A DNA stretch of 64,000 nucleotides from assembly GCA_027593235.1 (NCBI GenBank), contig JAQCIU010000001.1, forward strand, positions 191,660 through 255,659. The letters run 5' to 3'. Position 1 is the stretch's first letter; every line of letters begins with the position of its first letter. This document shows, in pieces, positions 46,094 through 56,474 of this stretch. Source of the DNA: Chloroflexota bacterium (GTDB taxonomy: Bacteria > Chloroflexota > Dehalococcoidia > UBA2979). The translations under genes and the position numbers were made by a program. Under the pieces are notes generated by a model. It ran no database searches. It saw nothing but the letters and a program-made list of their open reading frames with translations, and had not been told where the DNA came from.

Positions 46094-47374
46094 ATGGTCG
46101 CGTCACCACCCTCGCTCCGGGCACAGCGGACCGTCCTGACGTTCGCGCTGCTGATGGGTGCGGTCACCGTCGCGCAATCCTTCGGACGGTTTACCTGGGG
46201 GTTCGTGTTGCCGGGGGCGCGTGACGACCTGCTCGGCGGATCGAACGCTGCGGCCGGGCTGCTGGGCAGCGCCAACCTCGCGGCGTACCTCGTCGGTGCG
46301 CTGGTGGTCGGGGTGCTCGCGACGCGGCTGTCGCTCGGCGCGGTCATGCGGATGGGGCTGGTCACCTCGATGGTCGGCCTGGGGCTGGCGTCGGTTGCGC
46401 CGTCGCCGACGGTGCTCGCCGCCGCGCTGATGCTGATGGGTCTGGGCGGCGCGGCGGTCTGGATTCCCGGTCCCGCGCTGACCGCCGCGCTGGTCGCGCC
46501 GGAACGCCGAGGGTTCGCGATGGGGCTGCTGGCCGCCGCGATCGGCAGCGGGTCGCTCTTGATCGGACAGATGGCCGCCGTGCTCGGGGACAGCGCGGAC
46601 ACAGCGCTCTGGCGGCGCATCTATGCCCTGGAGTTCGTGATCGCCCTCGTGCTCTGCGTCGCGGTGTTCGCGCTGCTATGGACGCCAGACCGGCGGCCGA
46701 GGCGGGGCGCGACCGGCGAGGATCGAGCGGCGAGCGGGGGCGGGGGTACGCGCGGCCTGCGCACGATCGCGGGCTGGGTGCCGCTCACACTGACGTACGC
46801 GTGTTTCGGCTTCAGCTACATGCTGGTCGCCGCGTTCTTGATTGCCCGCGTCCGCGACGACGCCGGGTTCTCGCTCGCCCAGGCCTCGATGATCTTCTCG
46901 TTGCAGGGTGTGGCGAGCGTGATCGGGGCGCTCGCCCTCGGGCGGATGTCCGATCGCTTCGGCCAGCGACGAACGCTGATCGCCGCGTTCGCCTGCGCCG
47001 CCGTGGCGACGCTGTTCGCGCTGTCTCATAGCCCGCTCGTCGTCGCGATCGCGGCGGTGGCGATCGCCAGCACCTCGACACCGACGCCGGCGGTGGTGAC
47101 CTCCTACGTCATCGAGCACACGACGGCGGCGACCTACGCGTCGGCGTTCAGCGCGCTGACCTTCGCCTTCGGCGTCACCCAGATGGTGGCGCCGCAGATC
47201 GGCGGATTGCTCGCGGACGCCACCGATTCCTTCGCGGCGGTGCTGGTGCTGTCCGCGCTGGTGCGCGTGCTGGGCTTGATCGCGGCGACCCGTCTCCCTC
47301 GAGGGCCGCGCGTGGCGACCGAGGTGCCCGGTACAGCGCCTCCGGAGCCTGCTGCGCTGGGCGTTGGGCGATAA
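46094..47374 (+). CDS. MFS transporter (YbfB/YjiJ-like)
   Basis: FGRFTWG, LGSANLAAYLVG and GRMSDRFGQR. Confidence 0.88.
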   Translation: MVASPPSLRAQRTVLTFALLMGAVTVAQSFGRFTWGFVLPGARDDLLGGSNAAAGLLGSANLAAYLVGALVVGVLATRLSLGAVMRMGLVTSMVGLGLASVAPSPTVLAAALMLMGLGGAAVWIPGPALTAALVAPERRGFAMGLLAAAIGSGSLLIGQMAAVLGDSADTALWRRIYALEFVIALVLCVAVFALLWTPDRRPRRGATGEDRAASGGGGTRGLRTIAGWVPLTLTYACFGFSYMLVAAFLIARVRDDAGFSLAQASMIFSLQGVASVIGALALGRMSDRFGQRRTLIAAFACAAVATLFALSHSPLVVAIAAVAIASTSTPTPAVVTSYVIEHTTAATYASAFSALTFAFGVTQMVAPQIGGLLADATDSFAAVLVLSALVRVLGLIAATRLPRGPRVATEVPGTAPPEPAALGVGR

Positions 47375-47405
47375 CAGTCGAGATCGGCTGAAGGTGGGAG
47401 CGGCG

Positions 47406-48167
47406 ATGGGTGACGTCTTTGAACAGCGGAGCGATGGGGCCTGGGTGCCAAGCGAGTACGCCCGAGGGCCGTTCGCCGGTCTCCAGGACGGAGCGGTCGC
47501 CGGGCTGCTGGTTGCTGAACTGGAGCGCGAAGCCGAGCGAAGCGACCTGGGGACGGCGTTGTCGGCCTCGATCCAGTTCCTGCGGCCCGCTCCGCTGGCG
47601 CCGCTGCGCACCGCCTTCCAGTCGCTGCGGACCGGCCGCCGGGTTTCCACGCTGCGCAACGAGCTTCGCCACGAAGATGCGTTGCTGGCGGTCGCAACGG
47701 TCACGTTCGCGCACGCAAGCGAGACCGCCGAGGTGTCGGTTCCAGACCACCTGACTCACGATCCCGCCCGGTTCGGCGCGGCGCCGGAGCGCGCGAATCC
47801 GCACGAGGGTGGCCCGTGGTTCATGGACACCTTCGACGTTCGCAGCGGCGCCGAGGGGATTCGCTGGTTCGGGATCACGCGACCACTGGTCACCCCGGCG
47901 ATGCCACTGGCGAAGGTGTTGGGCCCGGCGGACTGGGCGCACGGGATCGGCCGCCCGCTCCAACCCAAACTTGCCGACCCGAACCTCGATCTCAACGTTC
48001 AACTCACCCGGCAGCCTGACGGTGGTTGGATCGGCGTGCGCGCGGAGGCCCGTTGGACCCGCTCCGGGGTCGGTCGCGGCGGCGGGACGCTCTTCGACCG
48101 CCACGGTGAGATTGGCGCCGTCTCGATGGGTGTCGTGCTGACCCCGTTCGCCGTGCCCGGCGCCTGA
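47406..48167 (+). CDS. Double-hotdog thioesterase family protein
   Basis: ARGPF...QDGAVAGL, IQFLRP, GRR, ADW and NLDLNVQLTR.P.GGW. Confidence 0.85.
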   Translation: MGDVFEQRSDGAWVPSEYARGPFAGLQDGAVAGLLVAELEREAERSDLGTALSASIQFLRPAPLAPLRTAFQSLRTGRRVSTLRNELRHEDALLAVATVTFAHASETAEVSVPDHLTHDPARFGAAPERANPHEGGPWFMDTFDVRSGAEGIRWFGITRPLVTPAMPLAKVLGPADWAHGIGRPLQPKLADPNLDLNVQLTRQPDGGWIGVRAEARWTRSGVGRGGGTLFDRHGEIGAVSMGVVLTPFAVPGA

Positions 48168-48198
48168 TGGCGCGACCCCCGAGGGTGCGCCGCGGCGG

Positions 48199-48801
48199 CT
48201 AGGCCGGGGCCGCGGGACGGACGGCGCGCCACGCCGCGTCGGCAAGCTCAGCGGCGGCGTCGTCGACCGGACTGTCGAACCGTCCGGCCAGCCAGCGTCG
48301 CGTGAACGCTTCCGCTGGGCCGATCACGATTGCCCGGAACAGCTCCGGCGACAGCGGACGGAGCTGCCCGGCATCGATGTTGCGATCCCCCCACCCGGTG
48401 CTCACCTCGAAGAAGCGCCGATTGAGGGCAGCGAGTTCGGGATCGGTTGCCGCGCGGACCGCTGGCTCGCGTGCCGTCAGCATGAACCGCGCCAGGCGCG
48501 GGTTCTCGACGGCCCAGCGCAGGTAGAGGTGGACGATCGCGCGGACGCCATCCTCCGCGCCGGGGTGCTGTTCGTAGACCTCGATCGCCTGCTGTTGGAA
48601 GGCGGCGAGGCCGTCGAGGAACAGCGCCGCCGCCAGCGCCTGCTTACTGCCGAAGTGGTGGTAGATGCTCCCGGTGCTGGCGCCCGACTGCTCGCGCACG
48701 TCCTCGATCGTGGTCGCTTCGTAGCCGCGCGCCGAAAACAGTTCGAGGGCGGCGTCCAGGATCGCGCCACGTGTGCTCTGGGTGACGGGTTCGCCGGGCA
48801 T
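48199..48801 (-). CDS. TetR/AcrR family transcriptional regulator
   Basis: ILDAALELF..GYEATTIEDV...GSIYHHFGSK; TATACT 6 nt before ATG. Confidence 0.95.
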   Translation of the reverse strand: MPGEPVTQSTRGAILDAALELFSARGYEATTIEDVREQSGASTGSIYHHFGSKQALAAALFLDGLAAFQQQAIEVYEQHPGAEDGVRAIVHLYLRWAVENPRLARFMLTAREPAVRAATDPELAALNRRFFEVSTGWGDRNIDAGQLRPLSPELFRAIVIGPAEAFTRRWLAGRFDSPVDDAAAELADAAWRAVRPAAPA

Positions 48802-48951
48802 GCCGGGAGTATATGGAGCGCCCCGACACCGTGGATGGTGCCGACTGCCGTGCGGCGGGAGGCATCGAGCTGGCCGACGATGCGCGCGACGTAGGCCGTC
48901 ACCGATCGGCGAATCCGGATCGCGACGGTCGGCGAGTAGGGGCGTTGCCGG

Positions 48952-48982
48952 GCGGGCGCCCTCGCTAGCGAGGGACGCCCGC
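48952..48982 (-). terminator. GC-rich stem-loop downstream of the cyclophilin gene
   Basis: GCGGGCGCCCTCGC-TA-GCGAGGGACGCCCGC; no clear U-tract. Confidence 0.4.
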
Positions 48983-48993
48983 GCTGGCCGCGG

Positions 48994-49578
48994 TTACTCG
49001 ACGCGAATAGTGGCGGTGGTGATCTCCAGCGGGGTCGTCGTCTGGCCGCTCTCGGAGCCGCCGGCCTCGAGGGTCTTGACGACATCGATGCCCTCGACGA
49101 CTTCGCCGAAGATGCTGTGCTTGCCGTCCAGCCACGGGGTCGGGATGAACGTCAGGAAGAACTGGCTGCCATCGGTGCCGGGGCCGGCGTTCGCCATGCT
49201 CAGCAGACCGGGCTTGTCGTGCTTCACGCTGTTGTCGAACTCGCCGGCGTACTGATAGCCGGGACCCCCGGTACCGGAGCCTAGCGGGCAGCCACCCTGC
49301 GCCATGAACTGCGTGATCACGCGGTGGAACTTCAGCCCGTCGTAGAAACCGAGGCGGGTGAGATAGATCGTGCTGGAGACGTGCATCGGCGCGACGCCCG
49401 GCAGCAAATGCACGACGATCTTGCCGACGTTGGTCTCCAGGTCCCAGAAGTAGCTGCTGTCCGCGTCGAACTCGGCCTGCGGCGGCTTGCTGAGCTTCGT
49501 GCGCCAGCCAGACCCTGAGGTGTCCACGCTCTGTCCGGTGATGAATTCGTCGATTGCGGCGACCGCGGCGTCTGCCAT
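48994..49578 (-). CDS. ppiB: Cyclophilin-type peptidyl-prolyl cis-trans isomerase
   Basis: [28 protein letters not shown] and [10 protein letters not shown]. Confidence 0.93.
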   Translation of the reverse strand: MADAAVAAIDEFITGQSVDTSGSGWRTKLSKPPQAEFDADSSYFWDLETNVGKIVVHLLPGVAPMHVSSTIYLTRLGFYDGLKFHRVITQFMAQGGCPLGSGTGGPGYQYAGEFDNSVKHDKPGLLSMANAGPGTDGSQFFLTFIPTPWLDGKHSIFGEVVEGIDVVKTLEAGGSESGQTTTPLEITTATIRVE

Positions 49579-49765
49579 CAGGATGCTCCTTCGAATGAGA
49601 CGCCCCGCCCGCTCGAAGAGCTCGACCAAGACATCAGTGAGTACGTGTGTCTGTCCAGTCTCACCCGCGCGGGCCGGGGGCGCCAGACGCCGCGCCCAAA
49701 CGGCGCCTCCGGCGGCGGGGCGAACAGCGGCCGAACAGCGGCCGCGGGGCGCGAATCGTCGAGGG

Positions 49766-50443
49766 CTAGCGGAACTGCTGCAGCCAGGCCCTGGCGCGCT
49801 CGACTGCCTGCGGCTCTTCCTTGAGCACGGAGTGACCGATGCCCGGGTAGATCTCCAGTTCCGCGTTGGGGATACAGCGGCTCATGATGACGGAGCCGCC
49901 GGCTGGCGTGGTCTTGTCCGCGTCACCCACGAGGATCAACGTCGGCACGGTGAATGCCTTGATCTCCTCGTCCATGTGGTACTTCGCGACGGCGCGTTGC
50001 GCCGCGGCGAGGCGCGGTTGCCCGCCGGCCTCGGTGCGTTCCGCCTGTGCCATCCAGTTCTCCGTGGCGGCCGGACCGACGCGGCTGGAGGTCGAGAGCA
50101 GCAGCAACCCCTTCACCTTGGCGGGGTGATCGATCGCCAGACGCTGCGTGATCGCGCCGCCCATCGAGTGACCGGCGATCACTGCTTGGGTGACGCCCAA
50201 TCCATCGAGGAGGGCGTTGCAGTCGGCCGCCCACGTTTCGAGCGAGACCGGGCCGTCAGTGCCTTCGGACTCGCCCATCCCGCGGACGTCCACGGAGATG
50301 TGGCGAAACCCGGGGAACTGCGGCAGCAGTTCGTCCCAGTAGTGGTGCGAGTTCCCGATGCCATGGATCCAGAAGATCGTTGTCGGGCCGTCCCCGGTGA
50401 TCTCGTAACGCAGCTTGATCCCGTTCGCGACGACCTCTGGCAT
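49766..50443 (-). CDS. Alpha/beta fold hydrolase
   Basis: [23 protein letters not shown] and GH. Confidence 0.9.
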   Translation of the reverse strand: MPEVVANGIKLRYEITGDGPTTIFWIHGIGNSHHYWDELLPQFPGFRHISVDVRGMGESEGTDGPVSLETWAADCNALLDGLGVTQAVIAGHSMGGAITQRLAIDHPAKVKGLLLLSTSSRVGPAATENWMAQAERTEAGGQPRLAAAQRAVAKYHMDEEIKAFTVPTLILVGDADKTTPAGGSVIMSRCIPNAELEIYPGIGHSVLKEEPQAVERARAWLQQFR

Positions 50444-50548
50444 ACCGATCTCCCTCGCTGAGCTGGCTCGGCGAGAGTATACGGATGGCGGCGGTCAGGC
50501 CGAACGCGGTACCAGCGGCACCAACCTCACCGAGCGAAAGGCGCGCCG

Positions 50549-52321
50549 ATGACACGAGGCCACTACCTCCCGATCGCGGACTACGCGCTGATCGGCGATA
50601 CGCGCAGCGCGGCGCTGGTTGGGCGCGACGGCGGGATCGACTGGTGCTGCCTTCCGGCGTTCGACAGTGCCTCGCTGTTCGCGCGGATCCTCGATGACCG
50701 GCGGGGTGGGCACTTCACGATCACGGTGCCAAACGCCGAGGTGACCCGCCGCTACCTCGGCGACTCGATGGTCCTCGAGACGACCTTTCGCACTGCCAAG
50801 GGCGTGGCGACGCTGACGGACGCGATGCCGATCGCGAGCGAGGGCGCGTCGTTCTTCGAGGGGCCGTGGCTCCTCCGCGTGCTGCGTTGCATCGAGGGCG
50901 AGGTCGATTACGAGGTCCAACTGGCTCCGGCGCCGTTCTACGCCGGGGAGCGACCGCCACGGCCGGAGGCGGGAGCCGCGAATGCGTTCCTGCTGGCGTT
51001 CGGCATCGTGGCGTCCGACCCGGGCGCGCTCGCGCCGGGCGCCGGGCATTCGCTGGCGAGCGGCGAAGCGATCGTAATCGCGCTGGGGGCTCCGCGCGGC
51101 GGTGCACCCTCGACGCTCTCGGTCGCCGAGGCGGAGACGATCCTCGAGGGCACGCGCGACTGGTGGGAGCGCTGGGCCGCCGCGCTTGATTACGACGGCG
51201 CCGATCGCGACTCGATCGTGCGCAGCTCGCTCGTGCTGAAGGCGCTGACGGCGTCGGCGCACGGCTCGATGGTTGCCGCGCCGACTGCCTCGCTGCCGGA
51301 GCGGATCGGTGGCGAACTGAACTGGGACTACCGCTACGCGTGGCTGCGCGACGCGACGCTCGGGGTTGCAGCCGTCGATGCATTGGGCTGCCGCACCGAG
51401 AGCGAGGCGTACTGGGACTGGATCGAGCGCGCGACCGGCATGGATCCGGCGGCGCTCACGCTGATGTACCGGATCGATGGCGGGCCGGAGCTACCGGAAT
51501 CGACGCTGAACTTCAGTGGCTATCGCGACTCGCGCCCGGTGCGGATTGGCAACGGCGCCGCCGCACAGTTCCAGCTCGACACGCTGGGCTGGGCGCTGGA
51601 CGCCGCGGATCGGGCGACCTCGAGGGGTGGCGTTCTGAGCAAGGAGCGCTGGGCCTTCATCCGCGGGATCGCGGAGCGCGCGCTGCTTGAGTGGACCGAA
51701 CCGGACGCCGGGATCTGGGAGGTGCGCACGGGCGACGCGCACCTCGTCTACTCGAAGGCGATGTGCTGGTACGCCCTCGATCGCGCGATCGCGATCGGCG
51801 AACGCTGCGGGCGGCGGGCGGACCTCGATCGGTGGCGCGCAGGCTGCGCGCTGATCCACGCCGAGGTGATGGAGCGCGGCATCGATCGCGCGTCCGGGCG
51901 GTTCGTCCACGCCTACGGGACCACGGAGCTGGACGCCAGCCTGCTGCAGCTACCGCGGATTGGCTTCATCGCGGCGGGGCATCCGGCGATGCGCGCAACC
52001 ATCGAGGCCCTGCAGGCAGATCTGACGGCGCCGGATGGCCTGCTCTACCGCAACGAGTACCACGGGCCCAAGGGCTTCGAGGGCCTGTTTGCCCTCGTGA
52101 GCTTCTGGCTCGCCGACTGCCTGATCGACCTCGGGCGGGCGGAAGAGGCGCGCGCGCTGGTCGATCGGGTGTGGTCGTACGCGAACGACCTCGGGCTGAT
52201 GAGCGAGGAGTTGGATCCGGGCACACGGGAGCAGTTGGGCAACTTTCCGCAGGCGTTCAGCCACACCGGCCACATCCTGACCGCGCTGCGGCTGCGCGCC
52301 TCGGAAGTCGGAGCTGGATAG
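50549..52321 (+). CDS. Glycoside hydrolase family 15 (glucoamylase/trehalase-like)
   Basis: IADYALIGD, NWDYRYAWLRD, GIWEVR and SEE..LGNFPQAFSH. Confidence 0.93.
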   Translation: MTRGHYLPIADYALIGDTRSAALVGRDGGIDWCCLPAFDSASLFARILDDRRGGHFTITVPNAEVTRRYLGDSMVLETTFRTAKGVATLTDAMPIASEGASFFEGPWLLRVLRCIEGEVDYEVQLAPAPFYAGERPPRPEAGAANAFLLAFGIVASDPGALAPGAGHSLASGEAIVIALGAPRGGAPSTLSVAEAETILEGTRDWWERWAAALDYDGADRDSIVRSSLVLKALTASAHGSMVAAPTASLPERIGGELNWDYRYAWLRDATLGVAAVDALGCRTESEAYWDWIERATGMDPAALTLMYRIDGGPELPESTLNFSGYRDSRPVRIGNGAAAQFQLDTLGWALDAADRATSRGGVLSKERWAFIRGIAERALLEWTEPDAGIWEVRTGDAHLVYSKAMCWYALDRAIAIGERCGRRADLDRWRAGCALIHAEVMERGIDRASGRFVHAYGTTELDASLLQLPRIGFIAAGHPAMRATIEALQADLTAPDGLLYRNEYHGPKGFEGLFALVSFWLADCLIDLGRAEEARALVDRVWSYANDLGLMSEELDPGTREQLGNFPQAFSHTGHILTALRLRASEVGAG

Positions 52322-52396
52322 GAATTCGTAAGGTGCGGTCGCCGAGGGACGGCGTACCTCCGGTACGATCCCGCCGCAATCCGAGGAGGCTTCGCC

Positions 52397-53761
52397 ATGG
52401 TCGAGGATCAACCCACCGCGCTGCGTATCCCCGATCCGGGACTCCGCGCGCTGCTCACGCGCGATGCCCGCTGGCAGGCGTGGCTCGATGTCGAGGTCGC
52501 GCTCGCGCAGGCGGAGGCGGAGATCGGGATGATCCCCGCCGCGTCGGCTGAGGAGATCGCGCGTAAAGCCCGCCTCGAGCTGTTCGACATCGATCGCGTC
52601 ACCGAGGGATTGCGCGTCACCGGACACGGGCTCGTGCCGCTGATCTGGGAGCTGGATCGGCTCTGCGACGGCGATGCCGGTGGCCACCTGCACTGGGGCG
52701 CCACGACGCAGAACATTACCCAGACCGGGACGGTGATCCAGGTCCAGAAAGCGCACGCGATCATCCTCGCGCTGATCGCAGAGCTGCTCGAAACGCTCGC
52801 CGGCCTCGCGGAGCGCACGAAGGACGACGCGCTGCCGGGGCGGACGCACGGGCAGCACGCGGTGCCCTCCACCTTTGGCGCGAAGGTCGCGGTCTGGATC
52901 GACGAACTCTGTCGCCACGTCGAACGCCTGCACCAGGCGGAGCCGCGGGTCTTCGTCGCGATGCTCGGCGGCGGCGCCGGGACCGGCGCCTCGTTCGAGG
53001 GCCATGGCCCGCGGCTGCAGGAGCGCGTCGGCGAACTGCTCGGCCTCGGCTCGATGCCCGTGCCCGGTCGCACGATCCAGGATCACCTCGTCGAGTACGT
53101 GATGATCCTCGCGATGCTCGACACCACCTGCGGCCGCGCGGCGCGCGAAATCCGCGAGCTGATGAAAGAGGAGTTCGGCGAGGTCGAGGAGCCCGTGCCG
53201 CCTGGCAGCGTTGGCAGCAGCACGATGCCGCAGAAGCGGAACCCGAAGCTCTGTCAGGACATCATGGCGGACGAAACCCACGTCCGATCGCTGGTGCCGT
53301 TGGCGATGGAAGCGATGCTCTCCGATCACGAGGCGGACGGTAGCCGTGCGGTGATGATGGGCCGCGCGCTGGCGCCGGCGATCGAAATGACCGGCGACAT
53401 CCTCGTACGCATGAACGAGCTCTTCGCGGGGCTCCGTGTCTTCCCGGAACGGATGCGCCAGAACCTCGATCTGTCGGGCGGTCTGATCATGTCGGAGAGC
53501 CTGATGCTGACGCTCGGCCGCGAGCTGGGACGCCAGCGCGCGCACGACGCGGTCTACGAGGCGGCACAGGAGGCGGCGGTGTCCGGCGAATCGTTCGCGG
53601 CGCTGCTGGCGGCACGCCCGGAGGTGCAGGGACACCTGGACGCGGAGCGGATCGACGCGCTCCTGGATCCTGTCGCGTACACGGGCGACAGCGCCCGGCA
53701 GGCGACCGAGCAGGCGACGCGCGCGCGCGATCTGGCGGCGCGGATCGCGAACGGGGGATGA
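52397..53761 (+). CDS. Adenylosuccinate-lyase/PcaB-like fumarase-superfamily lyase
   Basis: HWGATTQ, GRTHGQHA and GSSTMPQKRNP. Confidence 0.88.
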   Translation: MVEDQPTALRIPDPGLRALLTRDARWQAWLDVEVALAQAEAEIGMIPAASAEEIARKARLELFDIDRVTEGLRVTGHGLVPLIWELDRLCDGDAGGHLHWGATTQNITQTGTVIQVQKAHAIILALIAELLETLAGLAERTKDDALPGRTHGQHAVPSTFGAKVAVWIDELCRHVERLHQAEPRVFVAMLGGGAGTGASFEGHGPRLQERVGELLGLGSMPVPGRTIQDHLVEYVMILAMLDTTCGRAAREIRELMKEEFGEVEEPVPPGSVGSSTMPQKRNPKLCQDIMADETHVRSLVPLAMEAMLSDHEADGSRAVMMGRALAPAIEMTGDILVRMNELFAGLRVFPERMRQNLDLSGGLIMSESLMLTLGRELGRQRAHDAVYEAAQEAAVSGESFAALLAARPEVQGHLDAERIDALLDPVAYTGDSARQATEQATRARDLAARIANGG

Positions 53762-54618
53762 GCGACCTCGACGGGTTGCAGCCGGCCGCGCGCGAGTTGC
53801 TGCGCGGCGCGATCGATCTGCACGCGCACGCGAGCCCCGATCCGTTCGCCGAACGGCGAATGGACGCGCGGGTGCTGGTCGCCGCGGCGCGCGAAGCGGA
53901 GATGGCCGCGATCGTGCTGAAGAGCCACGAGTACCCAACGCAACCGCTCGCGTGGGCGCTGGCCTCGGAAGCCGCACCGCTCGAGGTGTACGGCGCGGTC
54001 GCGCTCGATCACGGCGTTGGCGGTCTCAACCCGGACGCACTGGAGGTCGCGCTGCGGATCGGAACGCGCGTCGTCTGGATGCCGACGTTCGACTCGGCCT
54101 GGTCGCGCGAGACCTTCGGCCGCTTCCACAGCAAGGCCGGTCCGATCACCATCCTCGACAGCGCCGGCGCGCTGCTGCCGGTGGTGCACGATCTGCTCGC
54201 GCTGATCGAAGAGCACGACGCGCTCTTGTGCAGCGGGCACCTCAGCCCCGCGGAGACGAGCGCCCTGATCGAGGCCGCGCGCCAGCGCGGCATCCGCACC
54301 CTGGTGACGCACGCGACCGCGTTCGGCATCCCGCTGGAGGTGCAGCAACGCGCCGCCGCGTTGGGTGCGCTGGTGGAGCAGTGCGGCAACGTGCTGTTCC
54401 GCGAAGAGGGCGCCGAGGTGGCAACCGCGGCAATCCTGCGAGAGGTCCGTGCGCTGGGCCCCGAGCACGTGGTGCTGTCGACAGACCTCGGTCAGGTGGC
54501 GAACCCGCCACCGCCGCTCGGCTTCGGTCGCTGGATCGAGCGCTTCCTCGCGAGCGGGTTCAGCGAGGACGAGCTGGCGCGGATGGTGCGGGTGAACCCG
54601 CGCGCCGCGCTCGGGTAG
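53758..54618 (+). CDS. DUF6282-like amidohydrolase-fold protein
   Basis: IDLHAHASPD, VLKSH, GGLNP, VWMPT, SGHLS, VTH and STDLGQ; ATGA overlap. Confidence 0.75.
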   Translation: MSDLDGLQPAARELLRGAIDLHAHASPDPFAERRMDARVLVAAAREAEMAAIVLKSHEYPTQPLAWALASEAAPLEVYGAVALDHGVGGLNPDALEVALRIGTRVVWMPTFDSAWSRETFGRFHSKAGPITILDSAGALLPVVHDLLALIEEHDALLCSGHLSPAETSALIEAARQRGIRTLVTHATAFGIPLEVQQRAAALGALVEQCGNVLFREEGAEVATAAILREVRALGPEHVVLSTDLGQVANPPPPLGFGRWIERFLASGFSEDELARMVRVNPRAALG

Positions 54619-54866
54619 CGGCCGAAGCGCGCCACATGCGGAGAACGGCCCGCCTCGTAGTCTGACGTTTCGCTGTCGTCCTGCTCGAACGTGATACTCC
54701 GGTGATCCGGGTTCTTCGTCCGCTCGTCCGGCAAACGTTCGCCACGGACAGGGGAAATCCCGACCTTGCGACTGTCTGAATAGTGTCCGTGGACCGAAGA
54801 TCGGCTGAGCGGGCGCATCGATGCGCCCCCATTCTTCGGTCGATCGAGCATTCAGCGGGACGTACG

Positions 54867-55730
54867 ATGGCTTTCGCCTCCCAGCACCCACCGCAGCGCA
54901 TGGAAGACGAGGCGCCTGCTCCCGTGACAGGCGAACACGTGCCCCGCGATCTGAACGCGGGCTACTACGATCTGCTTGGCGTACACGTCAGCACGACGTC
55001 GTTCGAGGCGGCGCGTGATCGCGTGCTCGCCGCACCGCGCAACGGTACGAAGCTTGCCGTGCACTACGTCTCCGTGAACACCATCGTCGAGGCGAACAGC
55101 CAGCCCGATCTCAAGGAGCTGTTGAACCGCGGTGACCTGGTCGCCCCGGATGGCGTGCCGCTGGTCTGGCTCGGACGGCTCCACGGCCACACGATGACCC
55201 GCACCTACGGCCCCGACTCGATGCTTGCGATCATCGATCGCGGTCGTGAGCACGGCTACACCCACTACTTCTACGGCGGCGGTCCCGGGGTTCCAGAGCT
55301 GCTCAAGGAGCGCCTGGAATCGCTGTACCCCGGCATCGCGGTCGTGGGGGTGTACTCACCACCGTTCCGCGCGCTCACGCCCGAGGAAGATGAAGCCGTC
55401 GTCCGCCGCATCAACGAGGCGAATCCGGACTTCGTTTGGATCGGCCTCGGATCCCCGAAGCAGGACCGCTGGGTCGCCGACCACCGGTCGCGCCTGAACG
55501 CCGCCGCGGTGCTCGCGGTCGGCGCGGCGTTCGATTACAACGCCGGTCTCTTGCGGAAGGCGCCGGGCTGGATGCAGCGCAGTGGCCTGCAGTGGTTCTT
55601 CCGCCTCGTCACGGAGCCCCGCCGCCTCTGGAAGCGCTACACCGTCTCCAACGCCCGCTTCCTCTGGCTGCTCGCCCAGGACGGGGCGAAACGCATCGTG
55701 CGGCGCCTCCCCCTCGTTGGCGGGCGCTAG
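54867..55730 (+). CDS. WecB/TagA/CpsF family glycosyltransferase
   Basis: PDGVPLVW, YGPD, SPPFR, GLGSPKQ, VGAAFD and EPRRLWKRY; start may be 54900. Confidence 0.92.
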   Translation: MAFASQHPPQRMEDEAPAPVTGEHVPRDLNAGYYDLLGVHVSTTSFEAARDRVLAAPRNGTKLAVHYVSVNTIVEANSQPDLKELLNRGDLVAPDGVPLVWLGRLHGHTMTRTYGPDSMLAIIDRGREHGYTHYFYGGGPGVPELLKERLESLYPGIAVVGVYSPPFRALTPEEDEAVVRRINEANPDFVWIGLGSPKQDRWVADHRSRLNAAAVLAVGAAFDYNAGLLRKAPGWMQRSGLQWFFRLVTEPRRLWKRYTVSNARFLWLLAQDGAKRIVRRLPLVGGR

Positions 55731-55745
55731 CCGCCACTCACCCCG

Positions 55746-56120
55746 CTACCGCGGCTTCGGCTTCGGCTTCGGCTTCGCTCGCGTGGTCGCCTTCGGGCGC
55801 AGCGTGCGGGCGTGCGCCACGCTCTGCGCAAACAACAGCTCGCACTCCTCGACAGCCTCCAGGATCGCGTCGGGGACCGCGACGTAGTCCTTCATCACGC
55901 GCCCGTACTGCTCGACGATCGCGTCCGGGTGGCGTTCGAGGAACGCGGTGCGGGCCGCTGAGGGAAGAAGGAAGGCGAGTGCGCCGTCCGGCGCCAGGAA
56001 ACTGAACATGTTCCCGTTCAGCGCGGTGTACGGCATGGTCTGGCCCTTGCGGTCCACGTCCGGCAGCGCGCTGACGAGCGCTTCGTAGATCGCGAGCTTC
56101 CTGTCCCGGGACAACGGCAT
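55746..56120 (-). CDS. TfoX-N-like hypothetical protein
   Basis: MPYTALNGNMFSFL...YGRVMKDYVAVP; KPKPKPKP tail. Confidence 0.7.
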   Translation of the reverse strand: MPLSRDRKLAIYEALVSALPDVDRKGQTMPYTALNGNMFSFLAPDGALAFLLPSAARTAFLERHPDAIVEQYGRVMKDYVAVPDAILEAVEECELLFAQSVAHARTLRPKATTRAKPKPKPKPR

Positions 56121-56474
56121 GCGGTCATTCCCCGTTCGCGTTCGCGGTTCGCGCGCCCTCAGCGTAGCGTCGACGCTTGCTCCCACCCGCGCGCGCGGTC
56201 ACTCCGCTTCTGTGTACCCAGACCATAGACTTCCCCCGATCAGCACGAATACGATCGGGGTTCCGGTGCCGGCCGCGCGGCGGCACCGCGAGGGTCCGCG
56301 ATCGCCGCTCGGCGATCGGTGCGGAGGCCCGCGGGCACGAGGGATCGTGCCCGACGACAGAGCCCGGATGGATCGATGGTGTGTGCAGACGACCAAGGTG
56401 AATCGCGTGAAGAACGCTGGTGATCCCCGGTCGTGGCGGCACATCGCCGAAGGTCCAATCGCGGGGCCTCGCTA

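Noticed and set aside
52397-53761. Naming the lyase purB or pcaB
   Set aside because: Motifs are shared across the superfamily and the gene context supports neither.
54729-54792. c-di-GMP-I riboswitch (GGCAAAC seen)
   Set aside because: The downstream GNRA stem and GCAAAGC elements are absent.
55753-55776. (GGCTTC)4 as a phase-variation tract
   Set aside because: In-frame hexamer encoding a KP tail at the extreme C-terminus; length changes would not switch expression.
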